Shown here one piece after another: positions 1-13,889 of a DNA stretch of 64,000 nucleotides. The stretch covers positions 17,732,001-17,796,000 of the forward strand of contig OZ024762.1 in NCBI GenBank assembly GCA_964016885.1. The letters run 5' to 3'. The notes under the pieces are model-generated. The model searched no databases. It was not told the DNA's origin and was given only the letters and a program-made list of their open reading frames with translations. A program made the translations under genes and the position numbers. Origin of the DNA: Eledone cirrhosa. Taxonomy: Eukaryota. Each line of letters begins with the position of its first letter. The stretch's first letter is position 1.

Positions 1-240
1 AGGAAAGACTGTGCACTGAGCCAATCCCACTCTCTGAGCGACAGTAACTATAACCTGAAAAGAAGAAAAGATCAACATCATCGGTAAATACTGAGCCGAA
101 GGTTTTATATCGGAGTTATCCCAGTTTCCTGAGTTGCCTTCTCCTAGAAGAACGCCCTGACAAAGGCTAGGGGGTCCTTTACTCCTAGTGCTTTAACTGC
201 ACGATCGGGTATCCAGCCTGATTATTTTTTTGTCCCCGCG
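1..240 (-). mobile_element. Partial copy of RTE-UTR-like non-autonomous retroelement (same family as 12567-13132)
   Basis: Reverse complement matches 12835-13023 and 51275-51497 (ctaggagaaggcaactcaggaaactgggataactc...gagagtgggattggctcagtgcacag). Further fragments lie at about 290-331 and 578-612. Confidence 0.8.
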
Positions 241-332
241 AATATATATACACATGTATATACATACATATGTATATATATATATATATATCTACACACT
301 TTTGGATGGCCGTTGACTCTTATGAGTTCTTG

Positions 333-368
<36 letters not shown>

Positions 369-397
369 TATATATATACACACACATATATATATAT

Positions 398-438
<41 letters not shown>

Positions 439-478
439 TATATATACACATATATATATATATATACACACACACATA

Positions 479-550
<72 letters not shown>

Positions 551-735
551 ACACACTTTTATATATATATATATATCTACACACTTTTGGATGGCCGTTG
601 ACTCTTATGAGTATATATATATACACACACATATATATATATATATAAACACACTCACATATATATACAAATACACACACACACACACATATATATAATA
701 TACATATACACACACACATACATATATATATATAT

Positions 736-810
<75 letters not shown>

Positions 811-1187
811 TCTCTCCGCCCTTTTCTTTATTATTTATTACCTTATTCTCAATATCTCATTTTAATCCCTCCTGATTGGTCAATTATGAATGACATCATC
901 AATTGCTTTGCTTACCCAACTTTTTTTTTTCTCTCTTCAGAATGAATTTCTATTAAGTGTTGTATTGAAGTATGGATGTCATTAACTGAACAAATGGGAA
1001 ACACTTCTGTTTACACACTGGCATACTCTGTTAATAGACTTGACAACCTTCCATACAGACATATTCCACGTACACACACACATATCTGAGAAGCACAGAC
1101 ATATATACACATGCACCACATATATACATACACTATTCTGCGAGAGACACAACCATATATATATACATACACATATCTGACAGGCAC

Positions 1188-1227
<40 letters not shown>

Positions 1228-1313
1228 TTCACACATATACACACATCTGAGTGACACAACCATATGCACACACCACATATATATATATAAACACATCTGA
1301 GAGAGACACAACC

Positions 1314-1349
<36 letters not shown>

Positions 1350-1435
1350 TTCACACATATACACACATCTGAGTGACACAACCATATGCACACACCACAT
1401 ATATATATATATACACACATCTGAGAGAGACTCAA

Positions 1436-1497
<62 letters not shown>

Positions 1498-1573
1498 ATA
1501 CACATTTGAAAGATACAATCATATATATACACCATGAACACAAACATATATATACACATCTGAGAGGCACAAC

Positions 1574-1631
<58 letters not shown>

Positions 1632-1633
<2 letters not shown>

Positions 1634-1920
1634 AAAGTTCTATTTAAAATTGTTGGGATACAACAAGTAAATATTTTTATAACTGATATAAAGCACTCGA
1701 CAAGTATTTGGAGTAGATATACGATATTAATAAATATCCAGATGGCTTCCAAAAATAATGGTTGCATTTTAAGAGGGTACGTCAAAGTTTATTTGTAAAA
1801 CTGTTATATATTGTATTTTGTCTGATGAAGGCATACCATAATTTAATTTGGTATCCCTGAAATATGTATAATGAAATAAATATGGTTTTATAAATATAGT
1901 TTCCATTTATTAATATCGTA
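1632..1920. mobile_element. Fold-back PLE pseudo-LTR module, family A (minus-strand 3' tail 1632-1735, plus-strand HHR part ~1800-1920)
   Basis: 1632-1735 is the reverse complement of the segment at about 24065-24165. 1811-1917 is homologous to 23968-24075. Both sides are (TA)n. Confidence 0.7.
1814..1878 (+). ncRNA. Minimal type-I hammerhead ribozyme motif (family A)
   Basis: tattttgt-CTGATGA-aggcatacca[loop]tggtatccct-GAAA-tatgta-TA^-atgaaata. Stems I and II pair, and stem III is near-palindromic. Confidence 0.7.
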
Positions 1921-2159
1921 TATATATATATATATATATATATGGGATAACAAGTTATCGTTATAGGTAATACAGTTAGAGGTTCTGAGTACTCAGCGTC
2001 GTGGATAGTTTTAACGTACGGCTTTGTTTGACTCAACAAGATGTTTCCATAGTTAGGTAGCGAGTTCGCAGTAATTTCTATGCAGGTTATACTTGGTGTA
2101 ATAATAGTTAAAGAAAGGAGAGTAACATGGTTGGCTGTACAATAAGGGCTTTATTTAAA

Positions 2160-2200
2160 GTACTGACAATTGTTTCGTTGACATCAACAATTTTAGGATT
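2160..2200 (-). ncRNA. Decayed hammerhead-like motif
   Basis: Minus strand reads gttga-tg-tcaac-GAAAC-aatt-GTC with palindromic acaattgt. The CUGANGA box is decayed. Confidence 0.35.
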
Positions 2201-2324
2201 TATTGCAAGTATTAACAAATGTTACATTGGTTCGGTGTATCTAAAAATCGCTATCCGCAGTGTTACCATGACAATCGATTTTAAGTACACACACACACAC
2301 ACACATATATACATATATAGTTAC

Positions 2325-2458
2325 GTTATTCCGGGCTGAATCGGAGGTAACCACAGTAAGTAAGTTACTCAATACATTGCAGAGTATAACAGTTTTAATA
2401 TAGAGATTCTTGATGATTTCTAAAGAATGAAACAGTTCTAGTCCTGTAGAATCTCATC

Positions 2459-2460
<2 letters not shown>
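2325..2460. mobile_element. Fold-back PLE pseudo-LTR module, family D
   Basis: 2325-2410 is homologous to 47658-47735 (antisense tail). It is joined to plus-strand tgatga-tttctaaagaat-GAAAC-agttcta-GTC-ctgtag. Confidence 0.65.
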
Positions 2461-2531
<71 letters not shown>

Positions 2532-2620
2532 AAATAGTAGAAAGGAAAAATGTTCTTTCAGTAGAAAATGTTGAAGAGATTTATTTTTTTCAGAGAGATA
2601 ATAAAACATTAATTTATTTA

Positions 2621-2658
2621 CAGAACCGGTTTCAGCATTAGATGCATTGTCAATTGCG
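2621..2658 (-). ncRNA. Decayed hammerhead-like motif upstream of the PLE ORF
   Basis: Minus strand reads ttgacaa-tgca-tctaa-tgct-GAAA-ccgg-TT, with a palindromic stem III and a degenerate core. Confidence 0.35.
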
Positions 2659-3019
2659 GATATGCAGAATATTGTTAAGTTGCATATTTGTACAAATACT
2701 GATAATAATAATAATGATAATGAAGAGAATGAAAATAAACAGGGGAAGAAAGATTACTTTTCAAATACATGTTCATTGAGAAAAGTGAGGCCATTTCTCT
2801 GTCCATTCGACTCTGCTTACAGCTTGGTTGTAGCAGGGGCGCCCTAATAACCCACATCCACGAACCCGAACCTTCAATAATAACAGCAGTGAACAATACA
2901 ACCACAGGAGACAACCCATCATCAACAACGATCACAACTACCTTAATCATTTTTTTAGACCCAGTACACAGACACAAGGAAACGAGATGACACAAGACAT
3001 ACAGGAGGGACCAAAAGTA

Positions 3020-5250
3020 ATAAAAGTAATAAATTTAACCAATAAAGAACTAACAACAGACCAAATCAACATACTCTCCAAAGGGCTGAAATTTACCCCA
3101 CCCCACCACCCACCCAACGCCCAAAGTACCCCGGAATGAAGGAGGACATTGCAGAATTCTGCAGAAAACTAAGACTTAGCGACAAGTACAATGAGGACGA
3201 CTCGCTAGCTAGAAATAGAAGCAACTAGACCTAATCAAAAGGTCAGAACAAATTCCTTGACTAATTCTGCGAGCACATTACAAATTACCCATATCAACAC
3301 CTACACAAACATAAACACAAGCCAAACCTCAACAAGAAAGAATGGGATGAGCTTAACAGTTTAAAGAATGATAAAACTTTAACAATCAAAGAGGCGGATA
3401 AAGGGAGTGCGGTAGTTTTTATGGAAACAGAATATTATACAACCTTATTACTCTCATCTTTAGAAGACGAAACATACTGCGAAAAGGCTCAACACTACAG
3501 CCAACAGAAAATTATGAGAAACCTAAAAACTCTAACAACCCTTTACAGAGAAGGACTTATCGACAAGGAATACAACTATATCACTGACTTCAAAGCAAAC
3601 CCAGCCTTTTCCACGGTATCCCTAAGATACACAAAAGCGAAAAAATAAGTAAGGCATGCAAGGAAGCTGTAGACATACTCATCAATGTCCCCTCACCCAA
3701 TGACCTCAAATTAAGACCAATAATAGTAAGTCCCGCTTGTGAAACCCACCGCCTCAGCAACTTCCTAGATATCCTGTTAAAACCATTCCTGAAACACATT
3801 AAAAGCTACACAAGGGACGACCTGGAAATGCTCAACCACCTCCCCCAAACACCTAATAATGAACATACCCTACTAGTGACTTTTGATGTAGTCAACCTTT
3901 ATTCCAATATCCCACACAACCTAGGAATAGAGGCAATCCAATTCTAGTTAGAAAATTACCCCAATGAACTACCACACCGCATCATAAAAGAATTCGTAAT
4001 AGAAGGGCTCAAATTCATCTTGGAGAATAACTACTTCGAATTCGATGCCAGATTCTACAGACAGAAATCTGGGACTGCCATGGACACGAAAACGGCCCCC
4101 TCTTGCGCCAACCTTGTTATGGGATACTTGGAAATCATCCTCTACCGAAAAGTACTAGATAAATACGGAAACTCCCTTCTACCTCCACATAGAAAAAAAC
4201 TGGAAGAGATATCTGGATGATTGCTTCATCCTCTGGCATGAAAGTATAGAAAGACTTATTGAATTTAAAACACTTCTAAATGGACTCAACACAAACATTC
4301 AATTTACAATGGAATACAGCCATGAACAACTTCCTTTCTTCGACATCCTTATCAAGAAAACCAACAACAAAATAGAAACAGACATATACTATAAACCCAC
4401 AGACAGTATTTTCCATTCAACTCATGCCACCCTAAACACACCAAAATGAGCATTCTCCACAACCTAGCCAAAAGGTTCTGCACAATAGTATCTGATAAAT
4501 ACACATGATACATACGACTAGAAGAATTAAAGAACACACTTATTAACAGGAATTACCTACCATCCCTAATCAACAATGGATTCCAACGTGCTCTAAAACT
4601 CAACATCCAGGAACTTAGACACCCCAAACCAAGGAACGAATCAAAACTGAAACATCTACCATACATCTCCACATACAACCCCCTTAACAATGAGGCATTC
4701 GACACCATCCTCCAGAACATACATTTACTAAAAAGATACCTAAGAATGACTCAAATCCTCCAAACGCACAATATCATAAAGATCAAAAGACAACCCAAAT
4801 CAATAAAAAAACACCCTCACACAGACCGAACCTCACAATGAACTTCACAGTAAAAAAATGCAGAAGACCCAACAGTGGTATATGTATCAATCTAATAGAG
4901 GGATCGGAGTTCCATTTCAAACAAGGACAACACTTTACAGTTAAACACAATTTCACATGTGCATCAGAAAACCTGATCTATGTATTGACCTGCTCAGGTT
5001 GTCCAGAGCACTACATAGGACAGACCAAAAAACAGCCTCCGACAACGTATGACCGTCCATAGATCCCAAATGAAAATACCGGAATACAGAAAGATAGCAC
5101 TGAGTGAACATATCCTGACCTGCGCATCTAATCAACAACCCAATTTTAGAATTTTTCCTATCTACAAATTTAAAGACAACGCTTCCTATTAGCAAGGAAT
5201 CACAATTTATCGCCAAATACGAACCCCTTCTAAATGCTTCCACTTCGGAC
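3020..5250 (+). pseudogene. Penelope-like retroelement (Neptune-type) ORF remnant: reverse transcriptase + Cys-rich linker + GIY-YIG endonuclease
   Basis: Motifs across frames: VINLTNKELT...LSKGLKF, IKEADKGSAVV, GIPKIHK, LRPII, LVTFDVVNLYSNIP, YRQKSGTAMD(G), WKRYLDDCF (4201-4230), TDIYYKPT, SCHP, then KCRRPNSGIC...FTCASENLIYVLTCSGCPEHYIGQT. There are multiple stops and frameshifts. Confidence 0.93.
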
Positions 5251-5349
5251 TAAACTAAAGCTGGCACACTTTATAATTAACACCCTAGACAAATTAGACC
5301 CTTTAGCAATGTATCCTTCTCCAAGATTCCAGCAACCTCTGACAACTAT

Positions 5350-5930
5350 ATAATTGTTTCTACTTTTAGGCACAAGGCCAGCAATAACCCAGTGCATTAC
5401 TGGTACTTTATTTTATCGACCCCGTAAGGATGAAAGGCAAAGTCAACCTCGGCGGGATTTGAACTCAGATCGTAAAGGGCCGTAACTATGCTGGAAAGCA
5501 TAGCGTTCGACCCTCTACCGATACTGTCGATCCACCGCCCTAGACCAAGCAACCACATAGAAACACCCGAATCAGCAAGTCCCGGAGGACTTCCACGAAG
5601 ATAATCGGATAAATGGAAACATACAAATAATTGTATCTACTTTTGGCACAAGGCCAGCAATTATTTCAGTACACTACTGGTACTTTATTTTATCGACCCC
5701 GTAAGGATGAAAGGCAAAGTTAACTTCGGCGGGATTTGAACTCAGAATGGCAAGGGCCGTAACTCTACACAGATAATTGTTTCTACTTTAGGCACAAGGC
5801 CAGCAAATACCCAGTGCATTACTGGTACTTTATTTTATCGACCCCGTAAGGATGAAAGGCAAAGTCAACCTCGGCGGGATTTGAACTCAGATTTGAACTC
5901 AGATCGTAAAGGGACGTAACTCTACACAGA
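5350..5930 (-). mobile_element. Three copies/fragments of tRNA-derived SINE family S1
   Basis: The string ggcacaaggccagcaa...actggtactttattttatcgaccccgtaaggatgaaaggcaaagt..cctcggcgggatttgaactcag recurs three times. A B-box gagttcaaatccc is on the minus strand. Confidence 0.85.
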
Positions 5931-6341
5931 TAATGGCATTTGTCACGACAAGTAATATACAAGGGGAAGCAACTGCTAAATATTAAATATTAATGCTCTC
6001 CCTTAGTAGTCGTATAGGAACATGCAAGTGTGTTTGGTGGCATCTTGACGTGTCCGAATGAAGTCGTGTCTAAGCAAACAGACATGAACACATGCACACA
6101 CAAACATATACACACATATATTTACATATATATTTTTCACTCTCTTTCTCTCCCCCACTGTCTCTAAATTATATGTATGTATAATATAGAGACAGTATAT
6201 ATAATATAGAGAATATATGTATATGCATATATGTATATATGCATATACATATATATGCATATACATATATACATACATTCCCCTCCGGCCGATACACAAT
6301 AAATATTTTTCAGATGTAAATGAAACCGCCTCGTTTTTTTT

Positions 6342-6500
6342 TGGCAGTATCGGTAGAGGGTCGGACGCCATGCTTTGACGCATAGAGTTACGGCCCTTGC
6401 CAGTCTGAGTTCAAATCCCGCCGAGTTTAACTTTGCTTTTCATCCTTACGGGGTCGATAAAATAAAGTACCAGTAATGTACTGCGATAATTGCTGGCCTG
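6342..6500 (+). mobile_element. tRNA-derived SINE S1
   Basis: A-box-like tggcagtatcgg, B-box gagttcaaatccc, then ctttcatccttacggggtcgataaaataaagtaccagta. Confidence 0.85.
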
Positions 6501-6862
6501 AGCGGCGTGCCAGTTTGAGATCGGTGTGGAATTTGGACCTTCGTAAAGACTTGAAGATCCATCTCTTCGTTGCTACAGTAGAGTCTGTGCTACTGTACCG
6601 GTCTGAGACTTGGACACTGACCAAGAAACTCACTCAGATGGTGGATGGGTGCTACACGAGAATGCCGAGGTTGGCTCTGAACAGTAATCAGTATACACTG
6701 AGGATGAAGAACTCAGAGCTGTATGGGAGCCTCCCAAAAGTCAGCTCAAAAGTGACACAGAGGAGACTGAGGTTAGCTGGACATGCTCACCGACATTCAC
6801 AGTTGACACTGCTCTCAGTGCTCCTGTGGGAGCCCCTACACGGACACACTAGAAGAGGGAGA
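6500..6862 (+). pseudogene. RTE-clade LINE ORF 3' fragment
   Basis: LKIHLFVATVESVLLY(R)SETWTLTKK...RRLRLAGHAHRH...LLWEP...RRGR is the typical post-RT C-terminus of RTE elements. Confidence 0.85.
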
Positions 6863-6873
6863 TAAATGTTAAA

Positions 6874-6930
<57 letters not shown>

Positions 6931-6932
6931 AT

Positions 6933-7203
6933 CTAAGGCGGGTAAAATTCCCGAGATCCATGGACGAGTTCTCTCCAGCGGTCTCTGTCCCTCATTATCG
7001 CTGCCATATCCTGCATCTCCAACAGACCAGTGTCTGTCCTTAGGGCATCAACATATGTTAACCTTGGTCTTCCTCTTCTAGTGTGTCCATGTAGGGGCTC
7101 CCAAAGGAGCACTGAGTGCAATGTCAACTCTGGATGTCGGTGAGCATGTCCAGCCAACCTCAGTCTTCTCTGTGTCACTTTTGAGCTGACTTTTGGGATG
7201 CTC

Positions 7204-7207
<4 letters not shown>
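6933..7207 (-). pseudogene. RTE-clade LINE 3' end (second copy, opposite strand)
   Basis: QRRLRLAGHAHRHPEL...RRGRPRLTYVDAL...MRDRDRWRELV, then a stop and (TA)n. Confidence 0.85.
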
Positions 7208-7535
<328 letters not shown>

Positions 7536-7619
7536 AGGGGGGAGTACATACACTTGAGAAGACTCATCCAGCAGTGGGCAGTGAAAAGATCATCGACTAC
7601 CTTGACGAAACATGTGTTG

Positions 7620-8235
7620 GGGATGGATGGGGAGAGAGAGGGGGAGAGAGAGGGGCGAGGTAGAGGGGAGAGAGAGAGAGGGGAGAGAGGGAGAGGGGAG
7701 AGAGAGGGGATGATATGGGGAGGGGAGAGAGAGGGGAGGAGATGGGGATGGATGGAGGGGGGGTAGAAGGGACAGAGAGAGGGGAGAGAGAGGGTGGGAG
7801 GAGATGGGGATGGGTGGGGGGAGGGAGAGGTAGAGGGGACAGAGAGAGTGGAGAGAGAGAGGGGAGATAGGGTGGGAGGAGATGGGGATGGGTGGGGGGA
7901 GAGAGAGGGGAGGTAGAGGGGACAGAGAGAGTGGAGAGAGAGGGGAGATAGGGTGGGGAGAGAGAGGGAGAGGTAGAGGGGGAGAGAGATGTGGAGAGAG
8001 AGGGGAGATAGGGTGGGAGGAGATGCGGATGGGTGGGGAGAGAGAGGTAGAGGTAGAGGGGACAGAGAGAGAGAGGGGAGAGGTAGAGGAGACAGAGAGA
8101 TAGTGTGGGAGGAGATGGGGATGGGTAGGGAGAGAGAGGTTTGTGGTAGAGGGGGAGAGAGATGTGGAGAGAGATGTGGAGAGAGATGTGGAGAGAAAGA
8201 GTGTGATAGAGAGATATAGAGAGGAAATGAGAAAG
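7620..8235 (+). repeat. G/A-rich low-complexity tract with degenerate internal repeats
   Basis: Recurring gggtgggaggagatggggatgggtgggg blocks. Confidence 0.85.
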
Positions 8236-8604
8236 ATATATAGGGTAAGAATCAACTCCAGTATTAGATTGGTCCTTTCTTTTTATCGACGTCGAAAGGA
8301 CGCAAGGTATAGTTGACCTTGGCGGGATTTGAACTCAAAACGCAGAACATCCTATGCGACATTCTAACGATTCTCCCAATTCGTCGCCAATTATATAAAA
8401 ATATACTTTTCCGTTTTAAGTATATTTGTCAAGGTTGTACTGAAAAGCATGGTTAATCCGTAACTCCTCTTTATAAAACAAAGGGAACTCTTTCAAAAAT
8501 ATAAAATGAGATTAGACGAATAAGAAAATATTAGAAACAGATGTTTGATTCTAGAAACAAACCTATTACCTACTTGCCAAAATGGAATGAATCACATCGT
8601 TCAC

Positions 8605-9340
8605 ACATACACGTAAGTATGTATGTATATATATACATACAGACACACACACGTAAGTATGTATGTATATATACACATACAGACACACACACGTAAGTAT
8701 GTATGTATATATATACATACAGACACACACACGTAAGTATGTATGTATATATATATACATACAGACACACACACGTAAGTATGTATGTATATATACACAT
8801 ACAGACACACACACGTAAGTATGTATGTATATATACACATACAGACACACACACGTAAGTATGTATGTATGTATATATACACATACAGACACACACACGT
8901 AAGTATGTATGTATATATATACATACAGACACACACACGTAAGTATGTATGTATATATACACATACAGACACACACACACGTAAGTATGTATGTATATAT
9001 ATACATACAGACACACACACGTAAGTATGTATGTATATATATATACATACAGACACACACACGTAAGTATGTATGTATATATACACATACAGACACACAC
9101 ACGTAAGTATGTATGTATGTATATATACACATACAGACACACACACGTAAGTATGTATGTATATATACACATACATACACACACACGTAAGTATGTATGT
9201 ATATATACACATACAGACACACACACGTAAGTATGTATGTATATATATACATACAGGCACACACGTAAGTATGTATGTATATATACACATACAGACACAC
9301 ACACGTAAGTATGTATGTATATATATACATACAGGCACAC
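8605..9340 (+). repeat. ~40-44 bp minisatellite (cacacgtaagtatgtatgtatatatacacatacagaca), ~18 copies
   Basis: Direct tandem repetition with variable dinucleotide counts. Confidence 0.95.
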
Positions 9341-9627
9341 ATATATATATATTTATAAGAGGATGGGTAGTGGCTGTTTGTGTGTGTTAATATATCTAAG
9401 ATTTATGTAGCAGTTGTGTTGTAGCAGACCACAACACCGTCGTCTATACATGTCAGAATCAAAGAATCTAAGGGAGCTAATCAACGGAGGTCATTGAGCA
9501 ATGTCTTCCACGCATCAGATCTTTCAAGGTACATTTGGAATACGAGAGAAAAATTCGAAGAAAAACAAACAAACAAACAAACAAACAAACAAAAATAAAC
9601 AAAACCAGGAACTTATGGGCAATGTTA

Positions 9628-9805
9628 GATAATTGTTTCTACTTCTGGCACAAGGCCATCAATTATCCCAGTGCATTACTGGTACGTTATTTTATCGACC
9701 CCGTAAGGATAAAAAGCAAATATAACCTCGGCGGGATTTGAAATCAGGACGTAAAAGGCGGTAACTATGCTGCAAAACATGGCGTCCGACCTTCTACCGA
9801 TACTA
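9628..9805 (-). mobile_element. tRNA-derived SINE S1
   Basis: Same motif string as 5350-5540. Confidence 0.8.
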
Positions 9806-10058
9806 CCAAAGAAACATTTGAGTTCAACACAAAGGGTCCTGATATTTGGGTCTTACCGAGAAACTGCATACCATCCATTGGGCTATCCCAATTACGTATA
9901 AGTAAACAGCCAGCCAAATTTTGACCCACCGAGACAAAACCACATTCCTCTTAAAAAAATTTTTCAAAATGGACCCCTCCTCCTATTGCATGACAGACAG
10001 AAACGACTAAACGCCACTGTTGATGCTGCCTAAAACACGACATTTCCTTCTTCCCCAA

Positions 10059-10101
10059 TCCGCTGACGAGCACGGTCATACAAACGAAACCATGGTCCGG
10101 G
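10059..10101 (+). ncRNA. Hammerhead-like motif (family G), stem II decayed
   Basis: tccg-CTGACGA-[16 nt]-GAAAC-catg-GTC^-cggg. Stem I pairs and stem III is the palindrome accatggt. Confidence 0.55.
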
Positions 10102-10747
10102 CGTTTTATCCCTGATTATCTCTCATATATCTATCCAACATGATGGTGTATTGAGAAATTGTATGTGAATGTACAACAACATTATCAAATCCTTCTCTCT
10201 GTGTGTGAATATGATACACACATATGTGTATATATAGATATACACACATACATACACAGACACATCTATATATGTGTGTGTATATATATGTATATATGTG
10301 TATATATAGATATACACACATACATACACAGACACATCTATATATGTGTGTGTATATATATGTATATATGTGTATATATAGATATACACACATACATACA
10401 CAGACACATCTATATATGTGTGTGTATATATATGTATGTATATATGTGTATATATAGATATACACACATACAGACACATCTATATATGTGTGTGTATATA
10501 TATATATGTATGTATATATGTGTATATATATATACACGCAAAGACACACACATATAAAATGTATACATATATAACATATATATACATACATACATATATA
10601 TATATATATACACACAGACACACACATAAAATATATACTTATATAACATATATATACATACATATATACATATATTTATACACACACACAGACACATACA
10701 CACATAAAATATATATATACACACACATATATATATATACACACAGA

Positions 10748-10797
<50 letters not shown>

Positions 10798-10834
10798 CAC
10801 ATATATATATATACACATATATATACACATATAC

Positions 10835-10865
<31 letters not shown>

Positions 10866-11142
10866 CATATATATATATACATATACATATATACATATAC
10901 ATACATATATATATTTATACATATATAGATATATATACCTATATATATATACATATACATATACATATATACATATACATACATATATATATTTATACAT
11001 ATATAGATATATATACATACCTATATATATATATATACATATACATGTATATATACATATACATATACATACATATAATATATACATATATACATACATA
11101 CATACATACATATACGTACATATATACATACATATACATATA

Positions 11143-11221
<79 letters not shown>

Positions 11222-11977
11222 GTAACCCTGTACATGAGAGAATTATTATGCTTACTCTATAGCTGGTTGACCGAATTCATTCAATTGGTCGTCTGTCAGA
11301 TTGTAACCGGCCAAGATTGCACCGATAATGCATTGGAAGGAGAACTACACGCAGCGGGAGCTAAGCAGGCTCTTTATAACGAGCTTCTTTGTGAAAAAAG
11401 ACTTGACCTAACCATCTGACACCCTCAAAACAGCTGACTTACGTTTATGTGGGTTTTATTGGGAATGAGAAGACTGTGGCCTCAACCCAGCTGTGAATGA
11501 TGAAGTAATAATAATAATAATAATAATACTGAATGTGGTTATTGATATTAACTTACATGACACACACGCGCGCGTACACATATATGTATATATGTATATA
11601 TATATATATATGTAAATATGTAAATATGTAAATATATATATATATATATATATATGTGTAAATATATACATATATATATGTAAATATATACATATATATA
11701 TATATGTATATATATACATATATATATATATGTAAATATATACATATATATATATATATGTAAATATATACATATATATATATGTAAATATATACATATA
11801 TATATATATGTATATATATACATATATATTTATAAATATATATGTACCTAAATACATAATATACATATAAAATATACATATAGATACATACATAAAATAC
11901 AAATAGATACATACATAATATACAAACATACATACATAATATACATATACATACATACATAATATACATACATACAA

Positions 11978-12008
<31 letters not shown>

Positions 12009-12085
12009 CATATCAATATATATATATAAATGCATATCAACATATATATATATATATATGTATATATAGATATGTATGTGTGTGC

Positions 12086-12140
<55 letters not shown>

Positions 12141-12566
12141 TATTTATATATACATATATATATGTATACGAGAGTATATATATATATATATATATATACT
12201 ACATATATATATCTATACGCGAGAGTATATATATATATATATATATAATTTTATATATATATATATGTATACGCGAGAGTATATATATAATTTTATATAT
12301 ATATATATACATATATATATATGACCATTCAGACGTCATTCATTTTACAACAACCCAAAGACATTATAAATTACATGCCATATAATAATGTAGTTGAAAG
12401 TTTAAAAATCTTCTAAGGTCGTCAGATTTCTTTAGTTCTTGCTCCCATAAGAAATGTTCACCATTTGATGATTCAAAGAGAATATTTTAAAGAACAACAA
12501 TTATTAATATTCCGCATTCTCTCCTTAAACAGCTACGAGAAATAGTTAAACTATGTATGTATGTAT

Positions 12567-13132
12567 GTCGGGTCACTCTTGAGTGCTACTGGTAACATGT
12601 AACCCAGTAGAACCTGTCGCATGGTCAGGTTGTCGGCGACTAAACCGGCAAGTTTACTTGGTGAGGAGGGTGATTTTGGACACCCTGCAGGACAAAAAAC
12701 AAAACCTGACAAAAGGCGGAAGAACTCATCAGAGTCAACGGCCATCCAAAAGTGTGTAAATATGTATATACACATGTACATATGTATGTATATGTATATG
12801 TGTATATACATGGGTGCATGTGTATGTATATGCGCGGGGACATAGAAATAGTCGGGCTGGACACCCGATCGCGCGGTTAAACCACTGAGAGTGAAGGACC
12901 CCTAGCCTTTGTCAGGGCATTCTTCTAGGAGAAGGCAACTCAGGATGTTGATCTCTTCTTCTTTTCGGGTTATAGCTACTGTCACTCAGAGAGTGGGATT
13001 GGCTCTGTGCACAGTCTTTCCTCACTTTAAAAAATAACTTCACACGCACAGGCATTGCACGTTAGCATTAATAATTATTAATAACGGTATATCGTGCAAT
13101 GGCCATACTTGATAACGAGGGGGCAGCCATCA
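12567..13132 (+). mobile_element. Non-autonomous RTE-UTR-like retroelement flanked by (TATG)n
   Basis: Multi-copy in the window. It contains ctaggagaaggcaactc (resembles RTE 5'UTR signatures) and ends ggcagccatca + (TGTA)n. Confidence 0.75.
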
Positions 13133-13322
13133 TGTATGTATGTATGTATGAAGGTATATATGAATGTATGTATGTATGTATGTATGTATGTATGTATGTA
13201 TGTATGTATGTATGTATGTATGTATGTATGTATGTAGGTATATATGTATGTATGTAGGTATATATGTAGGTATATATGTATGTATGTAGGTATATATGTA
13301 TGTATGTATGTATGTATGTAGG

Positions 13323-13356
<34 letters not shown>

Positions 13357-13889
13357 TGTATGTATGTATGTATGTATGTATGTATGTAGGTATATATGTA
13401 TGTATGTATGTAGGTATATGTGTATGTATGTAGGTATATATGTATGTATACTTGTTTGTTTTGCTTTTATTTTATTTTATTGACTGTTCTTGTTTTTCTC
13501 TCCCTCTATCCCTTCCTTCACCCACTCTACAATCTCTCTCTTTCACACTCTCCCTATCTATCTTTCTCTCTCCTTCTATCTCCTACTCACCCAATCCTTC
13601 ATCAATAGCCTTATCTATATGGTAACAAGATTGTGTAATAATTCTTAAGGGCTCTCATCACCAGTCTTAGGTGTTGTGGACTCTCACAGAAACCAACTCT
13701 TTCATAGTTTCCCAGCCAACAGTTCAGATATTTTCCACATTACAATACATGGTTAGTTAATTACTTTTGTTAATCTATAAAAAGGCATTCCAACAACATG
13801 TACTTTTATCTTATTTTACTTTCATTTATTTCATTCTATTTGAATTTATTTTCGTTTATTTTAATTTAACTTGGTTCTTCCACTCGTTA

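Noticed and set aside
12567-12750. Twister or HDV-like ribozyme in the RTE-like 5' module
   Set aside because: It has gaggagggt but lacks the twister UAA-CWC/GUCCCAAGC elements, and no HDV P3/L3 could be fitted. It is kept only as an unassigned structured RNA.
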